49,803 nucleotides of DNA, taken from NCBI GenBank assembly GCA_964372145.1, contig CAYJPM010000001.1:4104-53906 (forward strand). The letters are read 5' to 3'. Source of the DNA: an uncultured Muribaculaceae bacterium (GTDB lineage Bacteria > Bacillota_I > Bacilli_A > RF39 > UBA660). The notes beneath the pieces are model-generated. The model was given only the letters and a program-made list of their open reading frames with translations. It did not search any database and was not told the DNA's origin. Of the stretch, positions 35,038-44,887 are shown in pieces (within the stretch, counting starts at the first letter, position 1; every line of letters starts with the position of its first letter). Made by a program: the position numbers and the translations under genes.

Positions 35038-36496
35038 AATTTTGAGCACTTCTTACTTTACTTATTCCTAAAACATTTTTAGTTTCTACACTATAAACTA
35101 ATTTTAACTTATTATCTTCTTCAGTTATATCATAAATACATATACTAGTTACATCATTATAACATTCCAATATATAGTATATTTCAGAGAATAAATTACT
35201 TACTATTCCATCTAAAGATCTAGCTCCTGTATTAAGTTCTAAAGCTTTTTCTGCTATTTTTTCACATATATTATAATCAATGTGTAAATCAACATTATTA
35301 TCACCTGCTATAGCATAATACTTCATTAAAGGACTAGTCTCAATATCAATTAATAAATTATATAAATCTTCTTTTACTAATTTTTTAAGCCCAATAACAC
35401 TAGTTAACCTACCAATATATTCAGGTGAAAAACCAGCATCTAATAAATCTTGAGTAGATAAATCCAATCTGACTGGATCATACTTTTCTATTGAAATAGT
35501 ATTAAATCCTAAAGATTGTTTGTTTTTTTCTTTAATTTTTTTGCTATATAAATTAGCTAAAGCTCCGATAGATACTGTAGTTAATAAATTAGTATTAAAA
35601 TTCACTTTATTCTTACCAACAATAATAGAATAACTACTACCCTCTAATATACAAAGAAGATCATTTATAACATCTTTATTAAATTCACTATCACTATGAT
35701 TAGTTAACTTTTTATCGATTTCATTAAATACAACAATTCCTTTTTGAGCTAACTCTACGTCACCACCTGCTGCATCAACTAATTTAACAAATATATTTTC
35801 TATATCAGCACCCTTATATCCCGCTACTGTATAACGCGTCATATCTTCTATTACAATAGGTATATTTAAATGTTTAGCAATGACTTTAAGTATATAAGTT
35901 TTACCTACACCTGATGGACCATGTATAAATATATTTGCTTTATAATCATTTTTAACTCCATTATCTATGTTACCATATTTATAATTCATATATATGGCAC
36001 TAATAATATCTTTAACAGCACCATCTTGAAATTTAACACTTCTAAGTACATCTTTTACTAACGCATCTATTTTAGGTAATTTATTTTCATCTTCTGTACT
36101 AATTAAATTTACATACTCACTATACATTTCATCAATATTACATTCAAGATCAATATCTTGTATCTCTTCAACAGTAACCTCACCTGTTTTAATATTCACA
36201 TTATTATAAAAATCTTTGTAATAATCAAACATTTTATGAACCACTAACATTTTTTCATATACTGGATATATTTTATTATCTCTAAAATCTATTACTTGAT
36301 AATAATTAAAATTAACCTCGGGATTTTCTAAATATTTGTCCAGTGAAATATAATTATCGTTACTACCAGATTCATAAAAAATATTATTATTGTCAATTTC
36401 ACCAATTAATACTTTTTTTAATTTAAATGTGTAAATATCACCTTTGCCTAATATAAATTCATATAAATATGCAAATTTACTATCGTGTTTTATCAT
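35036..36496 (-). CDS. ClpX-like AAA+ ATPase lacking the zinc-ribbon N-domain (orphan paralog)
   Basis: Collinear with ClpX as I recall it: HGPSGVGKT (Walker A), TVAGYKGADIENI (pore-1 loop region), GIVVFNEIDKK (Walker B region), SLGFNT (IGF-loop position), GFSPEYIGRL, TGARSLDGIV (sensor-2). The roughly 170-aa N-terminal domain has no Cys cluster. Confidence 0.75.
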   Translation of the reverse strand: MIKHDSKFAYLYEFILGKGDIYTFKLKKVLIGEIDNNNIFYESGSNDNYISLDKYLENPEVNFNYYQVIDFRDNKIYPVYEKMLVVHKMFDYYKDFYNNVNIKTGEVTVEEIQDIDLECNIDEMYSEYVNLISTEDENKLPKIDALVKDVLRSVKFQDGAVKDIISAIYMNYKYGNIDNGVKNDYKANIFIHGPSGVGKTYILKVIAKHLNIPIVIEDMTRYTVAGYKGADIENIFVKLVDAAGGDVELAQKGIVVFNEIDKKLTNHSDSEFNKDVINDLLCILEGSSYSIIVGKNKVNFNTNLLTTVSIGALANLYSKKIKEKNKQSLGFNTISIEKYDPVRLDLSTQDLLDAGFSPEYIGRLTSVIGLKKLVKEDLYNLLIDIETSPLMKYYAIAGDNNVDLHIDYNICEKIAEKALELNTGARSLDGIVSNLFSEIYYILECYNDVTSICIYDITEEDNKLKLVYSVETKNVLGISKVRSAQN

Positions 36497-36545
36497 AAAC
36501 CCTCCATAATTGAGTTTATTATAACTAAATATATATTTTATTACA

Positions 36546-36572
36546 AGAAAAAAACTTAAATATATTTAAGTT
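36546..36572 (-). terminator. Rho-independent terminator after the methyltransferase gene
   Basis: Palindrome AACTTAAATATATTTAAGTT (36553-36572) followed on the minus strand by TTTTTTTC. Confidence 0.6.
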
Positions 36573-36575
36573 CCT

Positions 36576-37436
36576 CTATTTTTCCCACTTAGTTGTTACA
36601 CCACAAGGAAGTATTAAATTATTATTAGTAATATTAAGACCTATTTCATCGGTACTAAATTTACCTTTATTCTTAATATTTAATTTTAATAAATTTTCAA
36701 CTATAGTACCAGAGTAACCAGCACTATAAGTGTTTACTAACATAAATAAAGCATCATCACTTAACAGTTTACTACAAAGTTCAATAAGTTCATTAATATT
36801 ATTCTCAAATGTCCAAATCTCACCATTAGCACCTTTTCCATAACTAGGAGGATCCATTACAATTCCATCGTACTTATTCCCTCTTCTTATTTCTCTTTTA
36901 ACAAATTTTAAAACATCATCTGTAAGATATCGAATATTTTTATCTTCTAATTTATTTAAATAAACATTTTCTTTACACCATTCATTCATACCTTTAGATG
37001 AATCAACATGTACTACATCTGCTCCTGCATATAAAGCTGCTACAGTAGCACCACCTGTATAACCAAATAAATTAAGAACCTTAACACTTCTACCAGCATT
37101 ACTTACTTTATCTATAATATAATCCCAATTAACAGCTTGTTCAGGAAATAAACCAGTATGCTTAAATCCCATTTGTTTTAAATTAAATTTTAAATTTTTA
37201 TAACTAACTATCCATCTATCAGGAACTCTTTTAAAATTTTCCCAAGATCCCCCACCTTTATTACTACGATTATATTTAGCATTTATAGTATCTTTGTATA
37301 TTTTAGACAAATCTCCTTTATTCCATATAATTTCAGGACTAGGTCTAAGTAAAATAATATTATTCCATCTTTCTAACTTTTCACCATTTGATGCATCTAT
37401 TATTTCATAATCTTTCCAATCACTTGCTACTTTCAT
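36576..37436 (-). CDS. Class I SAM-dependent (RlmI/YccW-like) methyltransferase
   Basis: VLNLFGYTGGATVAA (SAM motif I) and DGIVMDPPSYGKG (motif IV, DPP-type). The ATG at 37436 has an AGGAG SD 8 nt upstream; the ORF-track start is at 37466. Confidence 0.75.
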   Translation of the reverse strand: MKVASDWKDYEIIDASNGEKLERWNNIILLRPSPEIIWNKGDLSKIYKDTINAKYNRSNKGGGSWENFKRVPDRWIVSYKNLKFNLKQMGFKHTGLFPEQAVNWDYIIDKVSNAGRSVKVLNLFGYTGGATVAALYAGADVVHVDSSKGMNEWCKENVYLNKLEDKNIRYLTDDVLKFVKREIRRGNKYDGIVMDPPSYGKGANGEIWTFENNINELIELCSKLLSDDALFMLVNTYSAGYSGTIVENLLKLNIKNKGKFSTDEIGLNITNNNLILPCGVTTKWEK

Positions 37437-37464
37437 ACTATATCTCCTTTTTTTATTATTATAC

Positions 37465-37493
37465 ATAAAAAAACTAACCTTTACAAGTTAGTT
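37465..37493 (-). terminator. Hairpin terminator downstream of murC
   Basis: 7-bp stem AACTAAC / GTTAGTT (37472-37478 / 37487-37493) with an 8-nt loop and a T-run on the minus strand. Confidence 0.5.
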
Positions 37494-37585
37494 AATATCT
37501 TTTATATAATTAAGTAATGCTTTTTTTAAATCAATCTTTTCCATAAACATCACTCTCAAAAATTGTATCATATTTACCACATTAA

Positions 37586-38905
37586 TTATACTAGAACTTT
37601 ATCTAAAATATCCTTATAAGCATCAATTAGTTTGTCCACATAAGCACAGCTCATAAATACTACAACACTGTCTTTATAACTAGATAACTTATCAATAGTA
37701 CTTACATCTATTAACTCTGCCTCATCCACTTTATCCACTATTAAGCTTGAATTAACACCAGGATAATCTTCTTGTTTTTCTCTATTTGAATCTATTTCCG
37801 TTAAAAATGTTTTATCAGCAAGTTTAAACACTTCAATAAAATCATCTAAAAAATCAACAGTTCTAGAATATGTATTAGGTTTAAATACCGCTACTATTTT
37901 CTTATTAGGGTACTTTTGTTTAGCAGCCAACAAAGTAGCTTTAATCTCCGTTGGATGATGTGCATAATCATCTATAATAACAGCATCATCTACAAAAGTT
38001 TCAACAAATCTTCTAGCAGCATTCTTAAAAGTTAATAACTTATCAGAAATCACTTCATTAGATAAACCTAATCTTCTTAAAAGAATAATCGCACTAGTTG
38101 TATTAAGTACCATATGTTCTCCATATAAAGGAACATCATAATTACCTATAAATTCATTATCTTCATACAAATCAAAGTTAGAACCATTAGTATTAAGTTT
38201 CAAATTTTTAATAACAACATCATTATCATTATTAAAACCATATAAAATTTTATTTGTTTTGAAATTCATCTTTTTAACTTCTAAATTATCTCCATAAGCA
38301 ACTACTAATTCTTTAGTTTGATTAGCAAATGTTTCAAAAGTATTTCTAATATCATCTATATCTTTATAACATTCCATATGTTCTTCTTCAATATTAGTTA
38401 TAATAGAATATTTAGGTTTATATATACTAAAATGCTTATTAAATTCATCACTTTCCACAACAAAATATTTATTATCATTAGATGCTTTACCATCACCTGC
38501 TCCAATAAAATAATTACATCCAATAGTACTTTCTAAAACATGTTTAACTATAGATGAAGTTGTAGTCTTACCATGAGTACCACTTACACCAATAGTATCA
38601 AACATATCTATTACTTCAGATATAATTTCATTATATTTTTTTATTACTAAACCAGCTTCTTTAGCTCTAACAATCTCTGGGTGATTATCAGGTAAAGCTC
38701 TACTATGAGTAACAATTAAATCTTTATCCAGTTCTAAAGAATTATCATAATAAATAGAAATATTTCTATCAACTAAACCTTTCTCAGTAAATTTATAATC
38801 TTTTACATCATCATAACCACTTACATTATTACCTAAATCATTTAATATTTGAGCAAGAGTTGACATACCTGCTCCTTTTATACCTAAACAATAATATTTT
38901 TTCAT
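37586..38905 (-). CDS. murC: UDP-N-acetylmuramate--L-alanine ligase
   Basis: YYCLGIKGAGMSTLAQIL, GVSGTHGKTTTSS (Mur ligase P-loop) and DDYAHHPTEI motifs. 439 aa. Confidence 0.9.
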   Translation of the reverse strand: MKKYYCLGIKGAGMSTLAQILNDLGNNVSGYDDVKDYKFTEKGLVDRNISIYYDNSLELDKDLIVTHSRALPDNHPEIVRAKEAGLVIKKYNEIISEVIDMFDTIGVSGTHGKTTTSSIVKHVLESTIGCNYFIGAGDGKASNDNKYFVVESDEFNKHFSIYKPKYSIITNIEEEHMECYKDIDDIRNTFETFANQTKELVVAYGDNLEVKKMNFKTNKILYGFNNDNDVVIKNLKLNTNGSNFDLYEDNEFIGNYDVPLYGEHMVLNTTSAIILLRRLGLSNEVISDKLLTFKNAARRFVETFVDDAVIIDDYAHHPTEIKATLLAAKQKYPNKKIVAVFKPNTYSRTVDFLDDFIEVFKLADKTFLTEIDSNREKQEDYPGVNSSLIVDKVDEAELIDVSTIDKLSSYKDSVVVFMSCAYVDKLIDAYKDILDKVLV

Positions 38906-38939
38906 ATATACACCTTCTTCAATAAATATATTATAACAT

Positions 38940-38966
38940 ATAAAAACTAACTATTACCAGTTAGTT
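38940..38966 (-). terminator. Hairpin terminator after tRNA-Arg(CCU)
   Basis: 8-bp stem AACTAACT / AGTTAGTT (38945-38952 / 38959-38966) with loop ATTACC and a T-run on the minus strand. Confidence 0.55.
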
Positions 38967-38977
38967 ATATAATAATT

Positions 38978-39052
38978 TGGCGTTCCCAACTAGAATCGAA
39001 CTAGTAACTAATTCTTAGGAGGAACTTGTTATATCCATTTAACTATGGGAAC
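38978..39052 (-). tRNA. tRNA-Arg (anticodon CCU)
   Basis: GTTCCCA-TA-GTTA...TAAC, anticodon stem-loop AGTTC-CTCCTAA-GAATT, T-loop TTCGATT, TGGGAAC-G-CCA. It starts 4 nt after the stop of the HD-domain gene. Confidence 0.8.
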
Positions 39053-39055
39053 ACA

Positions 39056-39538
39056 CTACTTAACAAAAATAAAATTGAATAAAAAACAAGTGTATATTCC
39101 TGCTTTTAAAGGCATTTTATACCTTAAACATTCATATATAGCTACTATCTTATCAGATAATGTTACATTTAAACTAATCATATTAGTTGGTAACACTACA
39201 CTAAAAGGAAACATATGAGCCACGATTGCATTATATTGTTTATTATTTATTTTAAATATTTTTTTTGCATTCCTAGCGGCTACCTTAGGATGTTGAATTA
39301 AACTAACTTTATTAATCAATTCATCATTTATATAAAAATCATGTAATAAAGCTGCCCTTGTAGTTTCAACTAATTGTTTAGATTTAAATTTCTTAGCTAT
39401 CATATATGAAACTTTAGCTACATTTAAAGAATGTTCAAGTCTAGAAATACCATGATGATTTTCATCTTTCATCTTAATAAATTTATCATTTTTGATAATA
39501 TCAGATATTATATTATTAAATTCTATTTTTTTATTCAT
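39056..39538 (-). CDS. HD-domain phosphohydrolase-like protein
   Basis: HHGISRLEHSLNVAKVS ... ALLHDFY (H...HD motif). 160 aa. Confidence 0.7.
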   Translation of the reverse strand: MNKKIEFNNIISDIIKNDKFIKMKDENHHGISRLEHSLNVAKVSYMIAKKFKSKQLVETTRAALLHDFYINDELINKVSLIQHPKVAARNAKKIFKINNKQYNAIVAHMFPFSVVLPTNMISLNVTLSDKIVAIYECLRYKMPLKAGIYTCFLFNFIFVK

Positions 39539-39576
39539 TAATTTTTCTAACCTCTTTATTAAACATTATATCACTA

Positions 39577-40086
39577 TTATTTATTTTTACCACTATTTTC
39601 TTCTAATAACTTCAAAATTTTCTTTTGATTTTTCTGTAATTCTTCAACATGATCATATAAAGCTTCTAAAATTAGTTCACTTTTTAAATCAGTTTTATAA
39701 TCATTATGATTTCTTCTTCTTTCTCTTTCAGTTTCTCTATTTTGACTCATCATAATAATCGGAGCTTGTAAAGCTGCTATACAAGATAATAATAAATTAA
39801 GCAATATAAAAGGAAAACTATCTAACTCAATTACAAATACATTTATTAATATCCACGATATCAAAAATATAATAAAACAAATAATAAATGTCCAACTACC
39901 TGCTACTCTAGTCATTAAGTCGGCCATCTTTTGACCACATGTTTTATTTGCTTCATCTTCTTTATCAACATCTATTGCTATACCTTCATCTAATATCATA
40001 TCTAAAAGAGCGTCATCATCAATTGTTTCTAAATCTTTATTAATTAGTATTTTTGCTATTTCTTTTTTTGTTTTCTTCTTTGCCAT
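39577..40086 (-). CDS. DUF1003-family membrane protein
   Basis: Two TM helices (GSWTFIICFIIFLISWILIN, FPFILLNLLLSCIAALQAPIIMMSQNR) followed by a coiled-coil tail, which is the typical DUF1003 layout. GGAG SD. Confidence 0.65.
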   Translation of the reverse strand: MAKKKTKKEIAKILINKDLETIDDDALLDMILDEGIAIDVDKEDEANKTCGQKMADLMTRVAGSWTFIICFIIFLISWILINVFVIELDSFPFILLNLLLSCIAALQAPIIMMSQNRETERERRRNHNDYKTDLKSELILEALYDHVEELQKNQKKILKLLEENSGKNK

Positions 40087-40159
40087 AGTTATTCTCCAAT
40101 TCTATTAATAGTATATCAAATTTTAATTTTTTTGGAAGTTAATTAGTTTATATTTTACA

Positions 40160-40906
40160 TTAACTTAGTTTTTTTTCTATTAAATCATATTTATATTCAC
40201 TTAAATTAGTTTTAATAAAATCATTAGTACTACTATTTATATCACTAAAATATAAAGTTATAGTACCATTATTACTATTATTAATTTCAAAAATTTCTGA
40301 ACTAATTTCACCTAAATCAATTAAATTAATATCCCTGTTATAATATTTTTTAATAGCTTTTTTTAAAAAAGGATAATGAGTACAACCTAATATTATATTA
40401 TTTACATCAGTATAATCTTTTAAATATAAATTAATTATAGAATCAATCACTTTTTCATCTTTAACATTTTCTTCTACTAAAGGAACAAATAAAGGACATG
40501 CAACTGATTCAATTGAATCATTAAGCATCAAATTCCACTTTTTACTATTAACTGAACCTAAAGTTCCAATTAATAATATTTTATCTAATTTATTTTTATT
40601 TATATATTTAACAGTAGGTTCAATAACACCTATAATAGGTATATTAACTTTTTCTTTTAAATATTCTAAAGCAACACTAGTCGCAGTACCACAAGCTATA
40701 ACTATTAAATCTACATTTTCTTTTATTAAAAAATTACATATTTCTAATGAATATTCTCTTATTAAATACGGAGATTTATTTCCATAAGGCACTCTAGATG
40801 TATCTCCAAAATATATATAATCATTGTTACTATTTCTTTTAACAAACTCTTTTAAAACACTAAGTCCACCTACTCCAGAATCAAATAATCCAATTCTTTT
40901 TTTCAT
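40160..40906 (-). CDS. murI: Glutamate racemase
   Basis: IGLFDSGVGGLSVL, VIACGTAT (Cys 1) and ILGCTHYP (Cys 2) motifs. GGAGG SD. Confidence 0.9.
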   Translation of the reverse strand: MKKRIGLFDSGVGGLSVLKEFVKRNSNNDYIYFGDTSRVPYGNKSPYLIREYSLEICNFLIKENVDLIVIACGTATSVALEYLKEKVNIPIIGVIEPTVKYINKNKLDKILLIGTLGSVNSKKWNLMLNDSIESVACPLFVPLVEENVKDEKVIDSIINLYLKDYTDVNNIILGCTHYPFLKKAIKKYYNRDINLIDLGEISSEIFEINNSNNGTITLYFSDINSSTNDFIKTNLSEYKYDLIEKKLS

Positions 40907-40928
40907 ATTTCCTCCTATATTATTGTAT

Positions 40929-40953
40929 AGAAAAAAGTCTTATAAAAGACTTT
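40929..40953 (-). terminator. Hairpin terminator after the tRNA-Arg/tRNA-Pro pair
   Basis: 8-bp stem AAAGTCTT / AAGACTTT (40934-40941 / 40946-40953) with loop ATAA and TTTTTTC on the minus strand. Confidence 0.6.
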
Positions 40954-40962
40954 AATTTCAAA

Positions 40963-41039
40963 TGGTCGAGAAGACAGGATTCGAACCTGCGACCCCTTGG
41001 TCCCAAACCAAGTGCACTACCAAGCTGTGCTACTTCTCG
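40963..41039 (-). tRNA. tRNA-Pro (anticodon UGG)
   Basis: CGAGAAG-TA-GCAC..., anticodon stem-loop CTTGG-TTTGGGA-CCAAG, T-loop TTCGAAT, CTTCTCG-A-CCA. Confidence 0.85.
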
Positions 41040-41047
41040 AAAAAAAA

Positions 41048-41124
41048 TGGTGCACCCAAAGGGAGTCGAACCCCTAACCTTTAGATCCGTAGTCTAACGC
41101 TCTATCCAATTGAGCTATGGGAGC
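41048..41124 (-). tRNA. tRNA-Arg (anticodon ACG)
   Basis: GCTCCCA-TA-GCTCAATTGGATAGAGC, anticodon stem-loop TTAGA-CTACGGA-TCTAA, T-loop TTCGACT, TGGGTGC-A-CCA. There is a U3-U70 mismatch in the acceptor stem. Confidence 0.8.
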
Positions 41125-41144
41125 CTTTCTCCATGTACTAGTAC

Positions 41145-41173
41145 ATTATAGTACATTTCCTAGGAAAAATCAA
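41145..41173 (-). promoter_or_regulatory. Promoter of the tRNA-Arg/Pro pair (TTGATT-17 nt-TATAAT)
   Basis: On the minus strand: TTGATT (41168-41173), a 17-nt spacer, then TATAAT (41145-41150), about 20 nt upstream of tRNA-Arg. Confidence 0.55.
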
Positions 41174-41195
41174 CTCCCAAAGTGTTTTTTTGTTA

Positions 41196-43772
41196 CTAAA
41201 TAGTATTATTTTTACCAATTTTTTTTATAACTATTTTTCTTAATATATCCAAAGGAATAATACTAAACCCTAAAATTAAGACTAATAATATTTCATTTAG
41301 TAATAAACCATATGTTCTAAATAAAGTACCCCCATTATAAATTATATACATTTGAATTAATAATATCAAACCGAATATTATAATAAATACTTTATTTTTA
41401 TATAAAGTAGCAAATATATTTATTCTCTCTGTTCTAGCATTAAATGCATTAAAAATACTTATAAATATAAATAGAGAAAAATAAGCAGTAAATAAATATT
41501 TATCATTATCACCAACTCTAATAAAATTTTGTATAAATGGTAGTTTTAAAAACAATAAGCATACTATACTAGTAAAAAATCCTGATAACATTATTTCAGA
41601 TAACATATATTTATTCATAATAGCTTCATTTTTATTTTTAGGTCTTTCTTCCATATATTCTTTAAGAGGAACTTCAAAAGAAAATGCTAAAGCTGCTAAA
41701 GTATCCATAATCATATTAAGCCATAACATTTGTATTATTGTTATTGGCTCTGAAACCCCTATTAAAGAGCCTACAATAGATATTAGTAGTGCACCTACAT
41801 TAATAGAGAGCTGATATATTATAAACCTTCTAATGCTTTTAAAAATAGTTCTACCGTATAAAATAGCTTTACTAATAGATAAAATATTATTATCAAGTAT
41901 AACAATATCGCTAGCTTCTTTAGCAACTTCAGTACCAGACCCCATTGAAAATCCAACATCTGCTTTTTTAAGTGCTGGGCCATCATTAACTCCATCACCA
42001 GTCATACCTACAACATAATTTAATTTTTGTAAAATATTTACAAACCTACTCTTATCACTAGGTAATGCTCTAGATAATACTTTTATATTTGGTAATATTT
42101 TAATAATATCCATTTCAGTATATTTATTAAATTCATCGCTAGTTAAAATAATATCTTTATAATTTGTAATTATTCCAGATTCTTTAGCAATAACTTTAGC
42201 TGTATCTTTAGAATCACCTGTAATCATGACAATATTAATACCTGCTTTTTTTATTTTTTCAACAGCTTCTTTAGCTTCATTTCTAAGATCATCTTTTATA
42301 CTAACTAAACCAATAAAAATATTGTCATTATCTTTTTTCATAGATAAAACAATAACTCTATTACCACTATTAGTTAAACTTCTTAAATTTTTATTAATTA
42401 AAGATAAATTTATATCAAATAATTTACCATTTAAATTCATATATTTATTACATTTTTTTAATATAATTTCTGGAGCTCCATTAATTAAATTAATATCATC
42501 TTCTAGTAATACTTCACAATACTTTTTATCACTGCTAAAAGGAATTCTAGAAATTACCTTTTTATTAAATTTATAATCTTTTATAAATTCTAGTAATGCT
42601 TTATCAGTAGAATTACCGCCAATAATTTTACCTTCGGATATAAAACCTTCATTATTATAATACATTGAATAAAAAATATATTTACTTATTAAATTATATT
42701 TAGATAATTCTTTATAATTAGTTATTTCTTTACCATCACCAAATATCAATTTATTTACTTTTAATTTACCTTTAGTAAGTGTTCCAGTTTTATCAGTTAA
42801 TAAATAATTTATACACCCAGCTGTTTCTATACCAACCATTTTTCTTACTAAAACATTATCTTTTAACATTTTCTTCATATTAGATGATAATACTAGTGTA
42901 ATCATCATAGGTAAACCTTCTGGTACTGATACAACTATTATAGTTACACATAATGTTAGAGAATGAATAATTATATCTAACATTTCATTGAAATTAGTTA
43001 AGGTATTAATAATAAGGCTTAATTCATAATTATTTACAACAATTATATTTATAAAAAGTTGTGAAAAACCAACCAAAAACGCCCCTATGTACCCCATTAA
43101 ACTAATACCTTTTGCTAATTTTTTTAATCTTAATTTTAGAGGACTATCTTGTACCTTTTCTTGTAATTCAGTTGTTATACTTCCATAAATAGTATTTAAA
43201 CCAACTTTATCTACTAATAACTTAGCATTTCCACTGTAAACTACAGAACCTCTATATACTAAGTTATTCTTAAGAATTTCATTATTTGAAATAGTTACTT
43301 TTTTTGATTCCTTAGTTTCACCATTTAAAAGTGATTCATCTAATGATAAGTTACCCTCTATTAAATGACCATCAGCAGGAACTTTATCTCCACTAGATAA
43401 TATTATAATATCATTTACAACAACATCATCAATTATAATTTCTTTAATAGAATTATTTCTTAATACTTTAACCAATATTTTTTCACTATCACTTTGCAAA
43501 CGATTAAAAGCACTTTCCGAACCATATTCAGATATAGTAGATATTAAAGTAGCAAGAAGTACCGCTATAAAAATACCAAGTGTTTCAAACCAATCAAATG
43601 ATTTAAATAAAAAAACAATTTTAATTGATAATGCTAATAATAATATTTTTATTATTGGATCACCTAAAGATTCTATAAATAATCTAAAAAAAGAATTTTT
43701 ATTAATGATACCAATTCCATTACTTCCATTTTTACTTCTTGATAATAATACTTCTTCATCTGTTAATCCCAC
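41196..43772 (-). CDS. P-type (type IIA/IIB) calcium-transporting ATPase
   Basis: DKTGTLT phosphorylation site, VPEGLP (TM4), TGDSKDTA and GMTGDGVNDGPALKKADVG hinge, with about 10 TM segments. GTG start preceded by an AGGAGGA SD. Confidence 0.9.
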   Translation of the reverse strand: MGLTDEEVLLSRSKNGSNGIGIINKNSFFRLFIESLGDPIIKILLLALSIKIVFLFKSFDWFETLGIFIAVLLATLISTISEYGSESAFNRLQSDSEKILVKVLRNNSIKEIIIDDVVVNDIIILSSGDKVPADGHLIEGNLSLDESLLNGETKESKKVTISNNEILKNNLVYRGSVVYSGNAKLLVDKVGLNTIYGSITTELQEKVQDSPLKLRLKKLAKGISLMGYIGAFLVGFSQLFINIIVVNNYELSLIINTLTNFNEMLDIIIHSLTLCVTIIVVSVPEGLPMMITLVLSSNMKKMLKDNVLVRKMVGIETAGCINYLLTDKTGTLTKGKLKVNKLIFGDGKEITNYKELSKYNLISKYIFYSMYYNNEGFISEGKIIGGNSTDKALLEFIKDYKFNKKVISRIPFSSDKKYCEVLLEDDINLINGAPEIILKKCNKYMNLNGKLFDINLSLINKNLRSLTNSGNRVIVLSMKKDNDNIFIGLVSIKDDLRNEAKEAVEKIKKAGINIVMITGDSKDTAKVIAKESGIITNYKDIILTSDEFNKYTEMDIIKILPNIKVLSRALPSDKSRFVNILQKLNYVVGMTGDGVNDGPALKKADVGFSMGSGTEVAKEASDIVILDNNILSISKAILYGRTIFKSIRRFIIYQLSINVGALLISIVGSLIGVSEPITIIQMLWLNMIMDTLAALAFSFEVPLKEYMEERPKNKNEAIMNKYMLSEIMLSGFFTSIVCLLFLKLPFIQNFIRVGDNDKYLFTAYFSLFIFISIFNAFNARTERINIFATLYKNKVFIIIFGLILLIQMYIIYNGGTLFRTYGLLLNEILLVLILGFSIIPLDILRKIVIKKIGKNNTI

Positions 43773-43837
43773 AAGAAATATCCTCCTATGAAAATATATG
43801 ATAATACAAATTAAATATATTAAAAAAAGACAATACT

Positions 43838-44344
43838 TTAAATATTATCTTTCTTATTTAACAATCTAACAAATTTTTTGTTTAGATCTAATCTCATTTC
43901 TAAATAATTATAATTTTCATTAAATTTATTTAAAAGTTCTTCATCATTCGTAATTATATTTATATCAGAACATACTGCTAAAATTTCAATAGCGTATTCA
44001 TAATATTCTAATAAGTATCCCATAATTTTAGAATTCATAACATATTTGTTATTTATTTTATTTATTAAATTTAATTTTATTAAATAATTTTCCAATAACT
44101 TAATATCATGGTTATTTAATTCGTATACTTTCATAATTTTACTAGCTATAATTAAATTATTAATATCATCTTCTATAATCAACTTTTCATCATTACTTTC
44201 ACATGATATTAAATTATCAATTAATATTTTGCTATATAAGTTATATATTTCTTTTTTTTCTGGAATACAATATTTTTCAAATTCACTTAAATTTTTTAAA
44301 ATATTCTCACTTTTGCTGTTTTTATTATTTACTTGCTGCATCAT
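43838..44344 (-). CDS. Hypothetical cytoplasmic protein
   Basis: 168-aa ORF with an AAGGAG SD. No recognisable motif. Confidence 0.5.
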   Translation of the reverse strand: MMQQVNNKNSKSENILKNLSEFEKYCIPEKKEIYNLYSKILIDNLISCESNDEKLIIEDDINNLIIASKIMKVYELNNHDIKLLENYLIKLNLINKINNKYVMNSKIMGYLLEYYEYAIEILAVCSDINIITNDEELLNKFNENYNYLEMRLDLNKKFVRLLNKKDNI

Positions 44345-44418
44345 ATCTCCTTTTTAATATAATACTATTTATAGAAAAAAAATACAATAAAAAAATAAGA
44401 TAACTAATAATAGCCATC

Positions 44419-44838
44419 TTATTTATTTCTTATAAATATAGTTGTAATTACTAATAGAAATATAGTAAGAGCAAAACCAATATAAAATTCTGGCATTGCA
44501 TATTTTAAACTTTCTGCAATATTAATATATTTAAATTCTGATAAATGCCAAGTTAAGAAATACCATATTTCCATACCTATTAAACCAAATATTCCTAAAT
44601 ATATAAATAAACCATTTAAATATATTTTGAAATTATACCAAATACCCATAACAATCATTAATAAACATATAAATGAAATTGGATTTTGCAATATAATAAC
44701 ACCCTGAATTTCGTTATAATCTTTTAAGTACCCGAACCAATATGTTAACATCCATAATACTATCGATACTAACACTAAACTTGAAAATACTTTTTCCTTG
44801 TCTGTAAAAACACCTTTAGATTTTTTTTTCTTTGCCAT
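44419..44838 (-). CDS. Hypothetical small polytopic membrane protein
   Basis: 139 aa with about 4 hydrophobic helices and a GGAG SD. Confidence 0.5.
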   Translation of the reverse strand: MAKKKKSKGVFTDKEKVFSSLVLVSIVLWMLTYWFGYLKDYNEIQGVIILQNPISFICLLMIVMGIWYNFKIYLNGLFIYLGIFGLIGMEIWYFLTWHLSEFKYINIAESLKYAMPEFYIGFALTIFLLVITTIFIRNK

Positions 44839-44887
44839 ATTTTACACTCCTTATTTTCATTATATAGTATTCACGATATATTTTCAA

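Noticed and set aside
37488-37544. 18-codon minus-strand sORF (MEKIDLKKALLNYIKDIN) between murC and the methyltransferase gene, ending inside the terminator hairpin
   Set aside because: It has only a weak GAGAG-like SD. It is too short to evaluate without conservation or Ribo-seq data and could easily arise by chance in AT-rich DNA.
26494-44838. Three unrelated genes (ftsK, DUF1003, the 139-aa membrane protein) all begin MAK(K/R)KK(S/T)K
   Set aside because: This is most simply explained by AAA-rich codon bias and the positive-inside rule for membrane-protein N-termini. It is not evidence of a shared element.
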